Positions 53,852 through 63,739 of a stretch of 64,000 nucleotides of DNA are shown in pieces (positions within the stretch are counted from its first letter, which is position 1; every line of letters starts with the position of its first letter). The stretch is from Bacillota bacterium. Its GTDB lineage: Bacteria > Bacillota > Sulfobacillia > JAIMAT01. A program made the position numbers and the translations under genes. The notes under the pieces are model-generated. The model worked only from the letters and a program-made list of their open reading frames with translations, did no database searches and was not told where the DNA came from. The stretch covers positions 6,888 through 70,887 of the forward strand of contig JASBVM010000001.1 in NCBI GenBank assembly GCA_029961055.1, written 5' to 3'.

Positions 53852-55999
53852 GTGAGGTGGAGGACGATGAGGGCCGAGGGTAGGCGCCGCCTGGCCGTGG
53901 TGCTGATCGGGACGCTCGCGGCGCTGCTCCTCCTGGCCGTCCGTGTCGCCTACCTGCAGCTCTGGCGCGGCTCGGAGCTGGCCAGACAGGCGCAGGAGAC
54001 GCGCACCCACGACCTTCCCGTCGCCCCCAAACGCGGCGAGATCGTCGACACCCGCGGCCGTCCCCTGGCGGTGGACGTCACCGCCCAGACGGTGGTGGCC
54101 AACCCGGCCGAGATCACCGACCCGGCGGGGGAGGCGGCCAAGCTGGCACCCGTGCTGGACGTGCCCGAGCCGGTCATCCGCCAGATCCTCTCCACCCGCA
54201 GCTCGTACCAGTACGTGAAGAGGAAGGTGGACCCGAAGACCGCCCAGGCCGTCCGCGACCTCCACCTGCCCGGGATCTACCTGACCCAGGAGAGCTCCCG
54301 CTTCTACCCCGACGGCATCCTGGCCGCCAACGTCCTGGGTTTCACCGGCATCGACAACCAGGGGCTGGACGGCGTGGAGGCGGTCTACAACAAGGAGCTG
54401 CAGGGCAAGCCGGGAGCGATCCGCCTCCAGTTCGACGCCCGCTCGCAGCCGCTTCCCCAGGCGGGCGCCGTCTACAAGAAGCCGGAGGACGGCATGACCC
54501 TGGAGCTCACCATCGACCGGACCGTCCAGACCATCGTGGAGCAGGAGATCGAGCGCGTCTTCCAGCGCGTCCATCCGCTGGGAGCGTGGGCCCTGGTCAT
54601 GGACCCCAACACCGGCGCCATCCTGGGCATGGCCCAGCGCCCCAGCCTCGACCCGAACCGCTGGCAGCAGCTCTCCGGCCAGGAGCTGCAGAGGCTCTCG
54701 CGCGACCTCCTCATCGACAACACCTACCCGCCGGGGTCGGTCTTCAAGCCGGTCACGGCCGCCATCGCCATCGAGACCGGCAAGGTGACCCCCGAGACGC
54801 CCTTCTACGACCCCGGCAGCGCCCGCATCCTGGGCCAGACCATCTCCAACTGGAACGGCGCCGGCCGGGGGGCGACCAATTTCGGCGAGGGCTTCCAGGA
54901 CTCGGCCAACGTCGTCTTCGCCAAGACGGGGCTGATGATCGGCAAGAGCACCTTCTACGAGTACCTGAGGAAGTTCGGCTTCATGGGAACCACCGGCGTC
55001 GACCTCCCCGGCGAGGCGCTGAGCATCATGCCGCCGGAGTCGCGAGCCACCGACCTCGACCTGGCGCTGATGGCCTTCGGCCAGACCCTGACGGTGACGC
55101 CCATCGCCATGGCCCGGGCGATCGCCGCCATCGCCAACGGCGGCTACCTGGTGACGCCACACGTGGCCAAGGCGCTGCTCTCGCCCGACGGGCGGGTGGT
55201 CCGAACCTTCGAGTGGAAGCCCCAGGGCAGGGTGATCTCAGCCCAGACCGCGGCCACGGTCCGCTCCCTCATGGAGCGGGTGGTGCAGAACGGGACCGGC
55301 GTGGAGGGGCAGATCCCCGGCTACCGGGTCGGCGGCAAGACGGGCACCTCGCAGAAGGTGATCGGCGGCCGGGTGGTGCCTGGAAAGAATATCGCATCGT
55401 TCATCGGACTCGTCCCCATTGATCGCCCCCGGCTTTTGATCTACGTAATGGTGGATGAGCCGCAGGGGGTCCCGTACGGCGGCCAGGTGGCGGCACCGGT
55501 CTTCCACGATATCGCCGTGCAGGTGCTCAACGTCCTGCACATTCCCCCGGATGCCAAGGTGGGGAACGGCACCGCCCCCGGCGGACAGGAGCAGGACACG
55601 CTGGTACCCAACCTCGTCAACCTGGACCGCAAGACGGCCGAGGGGCTGGCACAGGAGAGCGGGGTCCAGCTCCGCTTCCTGGGCGGCGGGCCCCTGGTGC
55701 TTCGCCAGCTGCCGGCCAAGGGCGCGGTGGTGGTGCGCGGCAGCATCGTCTACGCGTACACCGACCCGGCCCCGGGAAGCCCGGCCGCCCAGGGCAAGGT
55801 GACCGTCCCCGACCTCCAAGGGCGGCTGCTGGGCGACGCCGCCGACCTTCTGGCCTCGGTGGGCCTCCGGATGGAGGCCGAGGGCGACGGGGTGGTCACC
55901 GGCCAGACACCCGCGGCGGGGAGCCTGGTGGACCCGGGGACCGTCGTCCGGCTGCGGTTGACGGCAGCGCCCCAGGAAGGTGTGACCGGACCTCCGTGA
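53852..55999 (+). CDS. Class B penicillin-binding protein (FtsI/PBP2B/SpoVD type) with two PASTA domains
   Basis: 715 aa. It has a PBP dimerisation domain, SVFKP, KTGTSQ, and two C-terminal PASTA repeats (VPNLVNLDRKTAEGL…, VPDLQGRLLGDAADLL…). Confidence 0.9.
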   Translation: MRWRTMRAEGRRRLAVVLIGTLAALLLLAVRVAYLQLWRGSELARQAQETRTHDLPVAPKRGEIVDTRGRPLAVDVTAQTVVANPAEITDPAGEAAKLAPVLDVPEPVIRQILSTRSSYQYVKRKVDPKTAQAVRDLHLPGIYLTQESSRFYPDGILAANVLGFTGIDNQGLDGVEAVYNKELQGKPGAIRLQFDARSQPLPQAGAVYKKPEDGMTLELTIDRTVQTIVEQEIERVFQRVHPLGAWALVMDPNTGAILGMAQRPSLDPNRWQQLSGQELQRLSRDLLIDNTYPPGSVFKPVTAAIAIETGKVTPETPFYDPGSARILGQTISNWNGAGRGATNFGEGFQDSANVVFAKTGLMIGKSTFYEYLRKFGFMGTTGVDLPGEALSIMPPESRATDLDLALMAFGQTLTVTPIAMARAIAAIANGGYLVTPHVAKALLSPDGRVVRTFEWKPQGRVISAQTAATVRSLMERVVQNGTGVEGQIPGYRVGGKTGTSQKVIGGRVVPGKNIASFIGLVPIDRPRLLIYVMVDEPQGVPYGGQVAAPVFHDIAVQVLNVLHIPPDAKVGNGTAPGGQEQDTLVPNLVNLDRKTAEGLAQESGVQLRFLGGGPLVLRQLPAKGAVVVRGSIVYAYTDPAPGSPAAQGKVTVPDLQGRLLGDAADLLASVGLRMEAEGDGVVTGQTPAAGSLVDPGTVVRLRLTAAPQEGVTGPP

Positions 56000-56032
56000 T
56001 CCGGGCGCATCCCAAGATCTGGAGGGAACGTC

Positions 56033-57544
56033 TTGCGACTTTCGGAAGTGCTTGCCCTGTGCGAGGTGCGTGAGATCCGGGGGGACCCGGCCACCGAGGT
56101 GACGGGGGTGGCCTACGACTCTCGCCGCGTCGAGCCCGGCGACCTCTTCGTGGCCGTGCCCGGCTTCCGCACCAACGGCCACCTGTACGTGAAGGAGGCG
56201 GTGGCGCGAGGGGCGGCGGCGGTCCTGGCCGAACAGCCGGTGGAGACCGGGGGGCGCCCGGTGGCGCTGGTGGCGGACACCCGGCGCGCCCTGCCCCGGG
56301 TGGCCGCGCAGTTCTTCGGTCACCCTTCCAAGCAGCTCCGGGTGGTGGGGGTGACGGGGACCAACGGGAAGACCACCACCACCTTCCTGATTCACGCCAT
56401 CCTGTCGCGCCGCCATCCCACCGGCCTGATCGGCACCGTGACCAACGTGGTGGGGGGGCGGCGCGTGCCGGTGGAGCACACGACGCCCGAAGGCCCCGAC
56501 CTCCAGCGGATGATGCGGGCCATGTGCGACGCCGGCGACCGGGCGGTGGCCATGGAGGTCTCCTCCCATGCCCTCAGCTTGCACCGCGTGGACGCGGTGG
56601 AATTCGACGTGGGCGTCTTCACCAACCTCACGCAGGACCACCTGGACTTTCACGGCGACCTGGAGCACTACCTGGAGGCCAAGGCGCTCCTCTTCCGCTC
56701 GCTCGGTCGGAGCACCTGGGGCCCGCCCAAGCAGGGCCCCAAGGCGGCCGTCCTCAACGCCGACGATCCGGCCAGCCGGCGGATGCGGGAGGTGACGGCG
56801 GTTCCCGTGCTCACCTACGGGCTGGGCGAGGGCGCCGACTTGCGGGGCGAGGTCCGGCGCATGGAGAGCGGCTCCACGCGGGTGGCGGTCGAGGGAGCGT
56901 ACGGAGGGGGCGAGTTGCTCCTGCCGCTGCCGGGCCGCTTCAACGTCTACAACGCCCTGGCCGCGCTCGGCGCGACGCTGGCGCTGGGGGTGCCGCTGGA
57001 CGCAGGGCTGGAAGCGCTGGCCCAGGCCCCGGTCGTCCCCGGCCGGTTCGAACGCATCGAGGGCGAGCAGCCCTTCACCGTGGTGGTGGATTACGCCCAT
57101 ACGCCCGACGGCCTGGAGAACGTGCTCAAGACGGCCCGCGAGCTGACCCGGGGCCGGGTGATCGTCGTCTTCGGGGCGGGTGGCGACCGGGACCGCGGCA
57201 AGCGGCCGCTGATGGGTGCCGTGGCCGCCCGCTGGGCCGACCGCATCGTTCTCACCTCCGACAACCCGCGCGGCGAGGAGCCGGAGGCCATCCTGGACGA
57301 CATCGAGCAGGGGCTGGCCGGGACGGGCGCCAGCTACACCCGCTGCGTCGACCGGCGGGAGGCGATCCGCGAGGCCATCGCCTCCGCCGCCCCCGGCGAC
57401 CTGGTCCTGATCGCCGGCAAGGGGCACGAGACCTACCAGATCTTCCGCGAGCGGACCGTCCACTTCGACGACCGCGAGGAGGCCCGGGCGGCCCTGGACG
57501 ACCTGGGCTTCGCGGTGGCGGGACCCCGGGGAGAGCGCCCGTGA
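56033..57544 (+). CDS. murE: UDP-N-acetylmuramoyl-L-alanyl-D-glutamate--2,6-diaminopimelate ligase
   Basis: 503 aa with a TTG start. It contains VTGTNGKTTT, the DNPR motif (TSDNPRGE) and IAGKGHE. Confidence 0.9.
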   Translation: MRLSEVLALCEVREIRGDPATEVTGVAYDSRRVEPGDLFVAVPGFRTNGHLYVKEAVARGAAAVLAEQPVETGGRPVALVADTRRALPRVAAQFFGHPSKQLRVVGVTGTNGKTTTTFLIHAILSRRHPTGLIGTVTNVVGGRRVPVEHTTPEGPDLQRMMRAMCDAGDRAVAMEVSSHALSLHRVDAVEFDVGVFTNLTQDHLDFHGDLEHYLEAKALLFRSLGRSTWGPPKQGPKAAVLNADDPASRRMREVTAVPVLTYGLGEGADLRGEVRRMESGSTRVAVEGAYGGGELLLPLPGRFNVYNALAALGATLALGVPLDAGLEALAQAPVVPGRFERIEGEQPFTVVVDYAHTPDGLENVLKTARELTRGRVIVVFGAGGDRDRGKRPLMGAVAARWADRIVLTSDNPRGEEPEAILDDIEQGLAGTGASYTRCVDRREAIREAIASAAPGDLVLIAGKGHETYQIFRERTVHFDDREEARAALDDLGFAVAGPRGERP

Positions 57545-58911
57545 GGTACGAGGCCGGCGAGTTGGCCCGGATCCTCCCCGGCTCGCGCCTCCTGGGCGAC
57601 GGGCGTGCCGTCGCCACCGGGGTGGCGAGCGACAGCCGCGAGGTGGCGCCGGGGGATCTCTTCGTCGCCCTGCCCGGCAGCCGGGTCGATGGGCACCACT
57701 TCCTCGCCGCCGCCTGGGAGGCGGGGGCGACGGTGGCGCTGGTGCAGCGGGAACCGGCCGTGGTGCCGGCCGGGCGCGCGGTCCTCCGCGTCGCCGACAC
57801 CCGGTGGGCGCTGGAGCGGCTGGCGCGGGAGCACCGGCGCCGATGGGGCGGCCGCGTGGTGGCGGTGACGGGGAGCGTGGGCAAGACCAGCACCCGCGAC
57901 CTGGTGGCGGCGGTGCTGGCCAGCCGCTTCCGTGTCCTGCGCGCCGAGCGGAATTTCAACACCGAGGTGGGGGTGCCCCTGACGCTCCTCCGGCTCGCTC
58001 CGGAGCATGAGGTGGCGGTCCTGGAGCTGGCCATGCGGGCTCCGGGCGAGATCCGCACCCTGGCCCGCCTCGCGGAGCCGGAGACCGGCGTGGTCACCCG
58101 CATCGCACCGGTCCACCTGGAGTTCCTGGGCTCGCTGGAGGCCATCGCCCGGGCCAAGGGGGAGCTGGTGGAGGAGCTTCCGGCCTCCGGCCGGGCGGTC
58201 CTCTCCGCCGACGATCCGTGGCAGGCCGGCATGGCGGGGAGGAGCCGGGCTCCGGTCCTCTGGTACGGGGGCGGCGAGCGGGCGCAGGTGCGGTACGAGG
58301 CGGTGGAGGCAAGACCGGAGGGGAGCCGCTTCCGCCTCCGCCTGCCGGACGGCCGGAGCGTCGAGGCGGCGCTCCCGTTCCCGGGCGAGCACATGGTCTA
58401 CGACGCCACGGCGGCGGCGGCGGTCGGCTTCCTCATGGGCGTGGAGCCGGAGGCGATCGCGGAGGGGCTGGCGCGCGCGGAGTTGACGGCCCATCGGGAT
58501 CGCTGGGTGGATGCGGGTCCCTGGCGGATCCTCGACGACTGCTACAATGCCAGCCCCGCCTCGCTGGAGGCGGCGCTGGCCGTCCTCGCCGGCGCGCCGG
58601 GGCGGCGGGTGGCCGTTCTCGGCGAGATGCTGGAGCTGGGGCCGGAGTCGGAGCGGTACCACCGCGAGGCGGGTGCGAAGGCGGCGGCCAGTGGCGTCTC
58701 GCTGCTCATCGCCGTGGGGGCCGGGCCGGCTCTCCTGGCGCTGGCCGAGGCGGCGCGCCAGGCCGGCGTCCCCGAGGTCGTCGAGGCGGAGGACGCCGGG
58801 GCGGCTGCGGAGGCGGCCCTGAACCGGCTCCGGCCGGGCGACGTCGTCCTCGTCAAGGGGTCGCGCGCGCTGGGACTGGAGCGGGTCGTCGAGGCGCTGA
58901 GCCATGCTTGA
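57541..58911 (+). CDS. murF: UDP-N-acetylmuramoyl-tripeptide--D-alanyl-D-alanine ligase
   Basis: GTG at 57541 overlaps the murE stop (GTGA). It contains VTGSVGKTSTR, DCYNASPAS and VLVKGSRA. Confidence 0.9.
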   Translation: MRYEAGELARILPGSRLLGDGRAVATGVASDSREVAPGDLFVALPGSRVDGHHFLAAAWEAGATVALVQREPAVVPAGRAVLRVADTRWALERLAREHRRRWGGRVVAVTGSVGKTSTRDLVAAVLASRFRVLRAERNFNTEVGVPLTLLRLAPEHEVAVLELAMRAPGEIRTLARLAEPETGVVTRIAPVHLEFLGSLEAIARAKGELVEELPASGRAVLSADDPWQAGMAGRSRAPVLWYGGGERAQVRYEAVEARPEGSRFRLRLPDGRSVEAALPFPGEHMVYDATAAAAVGFLMGVEPEAIAEGLARAELTAHRDRWVDAGPWRILDDCYNASPASLEAALAVLAGAPGRRVAVLGEMLELGPESERYHREAGAKAAASGVSLLIAVGAGPALLALAEAARQAGVPEVVEAEDAGAAAEAALNRLRPGDVVLVKGSRALGLERVVEALSHA

Positions 58912-59896
58912 GACATGGCAGCGCGGCTGGTGGCTCCCCCTGGCGGCGGCCGCCGCCTTCGGCCTGCTCGGAACGCTTCTCGTGACGCCACTCCTGCTCC
59001 CTCTTCTGCGCCGCTGGCACGTCGGCCAGGCGGTCCGCCCGGAGGGGCCGGCCACGCACCGGGTGAAGGCGGGGACGCCCACCATGGGCGGCCTCGCCTT
59101 TGTCCCGGTCACCGCGGCGGCCACCCTTCTCTGGGCACCGCCCAGCGCCCCCACGGCGGTGGCGCTGGCGCTCTTCCTGGGCCACGGAGCCCTGGGCTGG
59201 CTGGATGACCACCTGAAGGTGGTCCGCCACCGCTCGCTCGGTCTGGCCGCGCGGTACAAGCTCCTGGGCCAGACGATCCTGGCGCTTCTCCTGGTCTGGG
59301 CCGTCGGCCACGGGGAGCTGGGCAGCTGGGTCCAGATCCCCTTCACCAGCCAGCGCATCGATCTCGGCTGGGCCTACCCGGTCCTGGTCTGGCTGGTGGT
59401 GCTGGCGGCGAGCAACGCCGTCAACCTGACCGACGGCCTGGACGGTCTCCTCGGCGCGACCACGCTGCCGGTGGCGCTGGCATATGCATGGATCGCCATC
59501 GCCGCCGGCCAGGCCGGCCTGGCCGTCGGCATGAGCGCGCTCTTCGGGGCGCTCCTGGGCTTCCTCGTCTTCAACCGTCACCCGGCGCAGATCTTCATGG
59601 GCGACACCGGCTCCCTGGCGGTGGGCGGACTGCTGGCGGCGGTGGCCATCCTGACCAAGACCGAGCTGTATCTGGTCCTGATCGGTCTGGTCTATGTGCT
59701 GGAGGCGCTTTCGGTGATCGTCCAGGTGGCCAGTTTCCAGCTGACGGGTCGGCGAGTCCTGCGCATGAGCCCGCTCCACCACCATTTCGAGCTGGGCGGC
59801 ATGAGCGAGGAAGGGGTGGTGGGCCGCTTCACCCTGCTCTCCCTGCTGGCGAGTGCGACGGGACTCCTCTCTCTCTGGATCTCGGGGGGCTGGTAG
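58904..59896 (+). CDS. mraY: Phospho-N-acetylmuramoyl-pentapeptide transferase
   Basis: 330 aa. It contains GTPTMGG, NAVNLTDGLDGL, IFMGDTGSLAVGG and PLHHHFE. Confidence 0.95.
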   Translation: MLETWQRGWWLPLAAAAAFGLLGTLLVTPLLLPLLRRWHVGQAVRPEGPATHRVKAGTPTMGGLAFVPVTAAATLLWAPPSAPTAVALALFLGHGALGWLDDHLKVVRHRSLGLAARYKLLGQTILALLLVWAVGHGELGSWVQIPFTSQRIDLGWAYPVLVWLVVLAASNAVNLTDGLDGLLGATTLPVALAYAWIAIAAGQAGLAVGMSALFGALLGFLVFNRHPAQIFMGDTGSLAVGGLLAAVAILTKTELYLVLIGLVYVLEALSVIVQVASFQLTGRRVLRMSPLHHHFELGGMSEEGVVGRFTLLSLLASATGLLSLWISGGW

Positions 59897-59898
59897 CG

Positions 59899-60999
59899 GT
59901 GAGGGAGCGCCGCCCGCCGGTGGACTTCGGAATCCTGGCGCCGGTCCTGCTGCTGCTGGCCGTCGGTCTGGTCATGGTGCTCAGCGCCAGCGGCCCCGAG
60001 GGCCTGGTGGTCTACGGCGACCCGTACTACTTTTTCAAGCGCCAGCTCGCCTGGGCGCTGATGGGCGGGCTGGGCATGTGGGTCGCCTCGCGGGTCGACT
60101 ACGCGAACTGGCGGCGGTGGGCGGCGCCGCTGATGGCGGTCACCGTGGTGGCGCTGGTCCTGGTGTTGCTGCCCGGGGTGGGGGTCGAGTCGCACGGGGC
60201 CCGGCGCTGGCTCGGCTTCGGCGGCCTCAGCTTCCAGCCCTCGGAGATGTCGAAGCTGACGGCGGTGCTCTTCTTCGCCCACCTTCTCTCGCGTACCCCC
60301 GAGGGTGCCAAGGACATCCCCAGGGGCCTCCTGCCGGTGACTTTGGGCGTCGCCGTCCTGGGAGCCCTGATCATGCTGGAGCCCGACCTGGGGACCACGG
60401 TCACCATCGCCGGCACGGCCCTCATCCTTCTCTTCGTCGCAGGCATGCGCGTCTCGCACCTGGTGGGCGCCGGGCTGGCCGCGGTGCCGGCTCTGGCCTA
60501 CCTGATCTTCGCCGAGGGTTACAGGCGGCAGCGCTTCTTCGCCTTTCTCAACCCCCAGGCCGATCCGCTGGGAGCGGGTTACCACATCACCCAGGGACTC
60601 TACGCGCTGGGCGAGGGTTCGCTCTTCGGCGCAGGCCTGGGCAACAGCCTGCAGAAATACTTCTACGTGCCCGAGCGGCACACCGACTTCATCTTCACCA
60701 TCCTGGCCAACGAGCTGGGCTTCGTGGGCGCGCTGGCCGTCATCGTGCTCTTCGCGGTCCTGGGCTGGCGGGGCTTCCGGGTCGCCCTGCGGGCGCCGGA
60801 CAGCCTGGGCGCGCTGCTGGCCGCGGGGGTGACGGCGGCGATCCTGGTGCAGGCGGTGGTCAACATCGGCGTGGTCAGCTCGGTCCTGCCCATCACGGGC
60901 ATCCCGCTGCCCTTCGTCAGCTTCGGCGGCTCGAGCCTCGTCTTCAGCCTCACCTCGGTGGGGGTTCTGCTCAATGTCTCGCGCTACGCCAGGCTCTGA
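59899..60999 (+). CDS. ftsW: FtsW/RodA/SpoVE-family peptidoglycan glycosyltransferase
   Basis: GTG at 59899 in the 59488..60999 frame. It is polytopic, with FQPSEMSKL, PDLGT, TDFIFTILANELGF and GIPLPFVSFGGSS. Confidence 0.88.
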   Translation: MRERRPPVDFGILAPVLLLLAVGLVMVLSASGPEGLVVYGDPYYFFKRQLAWALMGGLGMWVASRVDYANWRRWAAPLMAVTVVALVLVLLPGVGVESHGARRWLGFGGLSFQPSEMSKLTAVLFFAHLLSRTPEGAKDIPRGLLPVTLGVAVLGALIMLEPDLGTTVTIAGTALILLFVAGMRVSHLVGAGLAAVPALAYLIFAEGYRRQRFFAFLNPQADPLGAGYHITQGLYALGEGSLFGAGLGNSLQKYFYVPERHTDFIFTILANELGFVGALAVIVLFAVLGWRGFRVALRAPDSLGALLAAGVTAAILVQAVVNIGVVSSVLPITGIPLPFVSFGGSSLVFSLTSVGVLLNVSRYARL

Positions 61000-62176
61000 G
61001 CCGGGCGCGCCGGCGCGCCCGGCCTGGAGAGGCGGGGTGCGGCGCCCGCGCAAGGTGCTGATCAGCGGCGGCGGAACGGGGGGCCACATCTACCCGGCGC
61101 TGGCCATCGCCCGGGAGCTGGAGCGGGCGGTCCCGCAGGAGCTGGCGGCCCCCGTGGAGATCGTCTACGTCGGCGTGGCCGGCGGGATGGAGGAGCGCCT
61201 GGCCAAGCAGGCCGGGTACCGCTTCCTCGCGGTGGAGGCGGGCGGGCTGGTGGGGAAACGGCCGCTGGAGCTCCTGAGGAACGGGGCGCGGATGGGGATC
61301 GGACTCTTCCAGGCGGCGGCGCTCCTCCGCCGGGAGAAGCCGGACCTGGTGGTGGGCACGGGCGGGTATGCCGCCGCGCCGCTCCTGGTCGCGGCCGTCC
61401 TGCTGCGCGTGCCGGCGGTCATCCAGGAGCAGAATGCCGTCCCCGGCAGGGTCAACCAGATGCTGGCGCCCTGGGTGCGCGAGGTCTACCTGGCCTATCC
61501 GGAGGCGGCCCGCCGCCTGCGGGGACGGAGTCTGGTGACGGGCAACCCGATCCGCGCGGAGGTGGTGGAGGCCCGGCGGGAGGAGGCCCGCCGCCGCCTG
61601 GGGCTGCCCGCCGGCGACGCGCTGGTCCTCTGTACCATGGGCAGCCGGGGCTCCGCCGCGGTCAACCGGGTGCTGGCCGACCTGACCGCGGAATGGGCGC
61701 GCCGCCCGCCGGGGAGGCCGCCGGCCTTCCTGCTGCTCGCCACGGGACGCGCCCACCACCGGGACTTCCTGGCGCGGCTCGGCCGCGCCGGCGTGCCCGA
61801 GGAAGGGCCGCACCACCGGGTCCTCGCCTACATCGACGAGATGCCGCAGGCGCTGGCGGCCGCCGACCTCGCGGTGGCGCGCGCGGGGGCCATCAGCCTG
61901 GCCGAGCTGACCGCCCGCGGCCTGCCCGCGGTGCTGGTCCCCTCGCCGCATGTCGCCTACGACCACCAGCATGCCAATGCCGCCGCGCTGGCGCGCCAGG
62001 GCGCGGCGGTGGTCCTGGAGGAAGCCGAGCTCACCCCCGAGCGCCTCCGCTCGCTTCTGGAGCGCCTGCTCGGGGACCGCGAGGAGCTGGCGCGGATGGC
62101 GGCCGCCAGCCGGAGCCTCGGTCGCCCGGAGGCGGCGCGGGCGGTGGCGGAACGGCTCCTGCGCCTCCTTCGCTAG
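60974..62176 (+). CDS. murG: UDP-N-acetylglucosamine--N-acetylmuramyl-(pentapeptide) pyrophosphoryl-undecaprenol N-acetylglucosamine transferase
   Basis: It contains ISGGGTGGHIYPALAIA and EQNAVPG. A start at the GTG at 61037 is equally plausible. Confidence 0.9.
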   Translation: MSRATPGSEPGAPARPAWRGGVRRPRKVLISGGGTGGHIYPALAIARELERAVPQELAAPVEIVYVGVAGGMEERLAKQAGYRFLAVEAGGLVGKRPLELLRNGARMGIGLFQAAALLRREKPDLVVGTGGYAAAPLLVAAVLLRVPAVIQEQNAVPGRVNQMLAPWVREVYLAYPEAARRLRGRSLVTGNPIRAEVVEARREEARRRLGLPAGDALVLCTMGSRGSAAVNRVLADLTAEWARRPPGRPPAFLLLATGRAHHRDFLARLGRAGVPEEGPHHRVLAYIDEMPQALAAADLAVARAGAISLAELTARGLPAVLVPSPHVAYDHQHANAAALARQGAAVVLEEAELTPERLRSLLERLLGDREELARMAAASRSLGRPEAARAVAERLLRLLR

Positions 62177-62320
62177 GCCTGGCCGGCCCGGCCCCGGCCG
62201 GCTCCCGGTCGTCTCCCGGTCGGCGGGACCGGCAGGGGTGCTGGCGCATACTTCGGAAGGAGAGCGGCGGTGCGGACGAGCCCGATCGCCCTACGGCGCA
62301 TCGACGGAGAAGGGACGCAG

Positions 62321-63739
62321 ATGGACGGCAACCGGGCAGCAGACGGGCAGTGGCATCTGATGGGTGCCGGGGGAAGCGGCATGGTCGGGCTGGCCCTCCT
62401 TCTGGAGTCTGCGGGCGAGAGCGTCACGGGCTGTGACGCCCACGAGTCGGAGGCCCTGGAGGAACTGGCCCGGCACGGGATCGAGATGGCTTGCGGGCAT
62501 CGGCCGGAACACCTGTCCGACTGCCGCCGACTCGTGGTCTCGAGGGCGATCCACCCCCGGAACCCGGAGGTGGTCGAGGCGCTGCGTCGCGGTCTCACCG
62601 TGGAGTACCGCGGCGAGCGACTGGCGGCGCTCTTCAACCGGCGGCGGGGGATCGCCGTCGCCGGCAGCCACGGCAAGTCGACGACCGCCGGATGGATCGG
62701 CTGGTGCCTCCGCGAGGCGGGGCTGGAACCCACCGTCTATCTGGGCGCGCGCCTGAGCGGGCTGGGGACGCCGGTGCTGGTCGGCGGCGGGGACCTCTTC
62801 GTCGCCGAGAGCGACGAGAGCGACGCCAGCTTCGAACTGCTCCACCCCTGGCTGGCCGTGGTCACCAACGTGGACGACGACCACCTGGAGCGCTACGGGA
62901 GCATGGAACGGATGGTGGAGGGCTTCCGCCGCTTCGTGGACGGCGTGAGGCCCGGCGGGTACGCCCTCCTGGCCGCCGAGGATCCGCTCCTGGGCGGGAT
63001 CCGCTCCCGGACGCGGATCGTCACGTACGGACTGGGAACGGGCGAACTGCGCGCCGGGGAGGTCCGCTCCAGCCTGGAGGGCGAGAACTTCCGCGTCCGC
63101 TGGCGCGGCCGGGACCTGGGTCTCTGGCAGATCCGCCTGCACGGCCTGCACAACGTCCGGAACGCGCTGGCGGTGATCGGAACGCTCGCCCTCCTCGGCC
63201 TCGACGTCGAGGAGAGCCGCCGGCTGCTGCAGGCCTACCGCGGGGTGGCACGCCGCCTCGAGCACGTCGGCGAGGCGGCCGGGCGCCACCTCCTGGACGA
63301 CTTCGGCCATCACCCCGCCGAAGTCGAGGCGACCCTCCGCGCCGCCAGGAAGCTGGCGGGCGGCGGTCGCCTCCTGGTCATCTTCCAACCCCACCGCTAC
63401 ACCCGCACCCGCCGCCTGGCGGAAGCCTTCGGGCCGGCGCTTGCCCTGGCCGACCAGGTCTGGGTGATGCCCGTCTACGCCGCAGGCGAGGAGCCCCTGC
63501 CCGGGGCCGATCCGGCCCGCATCGTGGAGGCCGTGCGGCGGGCGGGGGGCCGGGCCGAGCTGGCCGCCTCCGGCGAGGAGGCCGCGGCCGCGGCGGCCGG
63601 CCGGAGTTCGGCGGGTGATCTCATCCTCACCCTGGGGGCAGGCGACGTGTATACTGTCGGACCGGAAGTCCTGCGGCAGCTGAACGGGGAGAGGGCGGTT
63701 GGAACCGGCGGCGGCACCCTTCGCAGAAGCGATCCGTAG
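62321..63739 (+). CDS. murC: UDP-N-acetylmuramate--L-alanine ligase
   Basis: ATG at 62321 in the 62270..63739 frame. HLMGAGGSGMVGLALLL, AVAGSHGKSTT and DDFGHHPAE align to MurC rather than MurD. Confidence 0.88.
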   Translation: MDGNRAADGQWHLMGAGGSGMVGLALLLESAGESVTGCDAHESEALEELARHGIEMACGHRPEHLSDCRRLVVSRAIHPRNPEVVEALRRGLTVEYRGERLAALFNRRRGIAVAGSHGKSTTAGWIGWCLREAGLEPTVYLGARLSGLGTPVLVGGGDLFVAESDESDASFELLHPWLAVVTNVDDDHLERYGSMERMVEGFRRFVDGVRPGGYALLAAEDPLLGGIRSRTRIVTYGLGTGELRAGEVRSSLEGENFRVRWRGRDLGLWQIRLHGLHNVRNALAVIGTLALLGLDVEESRRLLQAYRGVARRLEHVGEAAGRHLLDDFGHHPAEVEATLRAARKLAGGGRLLVIFQPHRYTRTRRLAEAFGPALALADQVWVMPVYAAGEEPLPGADPARIVEAVRRAGGRAELAASGEEAAAAAAGRSSAGDLILTLGAGDVYTVGPEVLRQLNGERAVGTGGGTLRRSDP

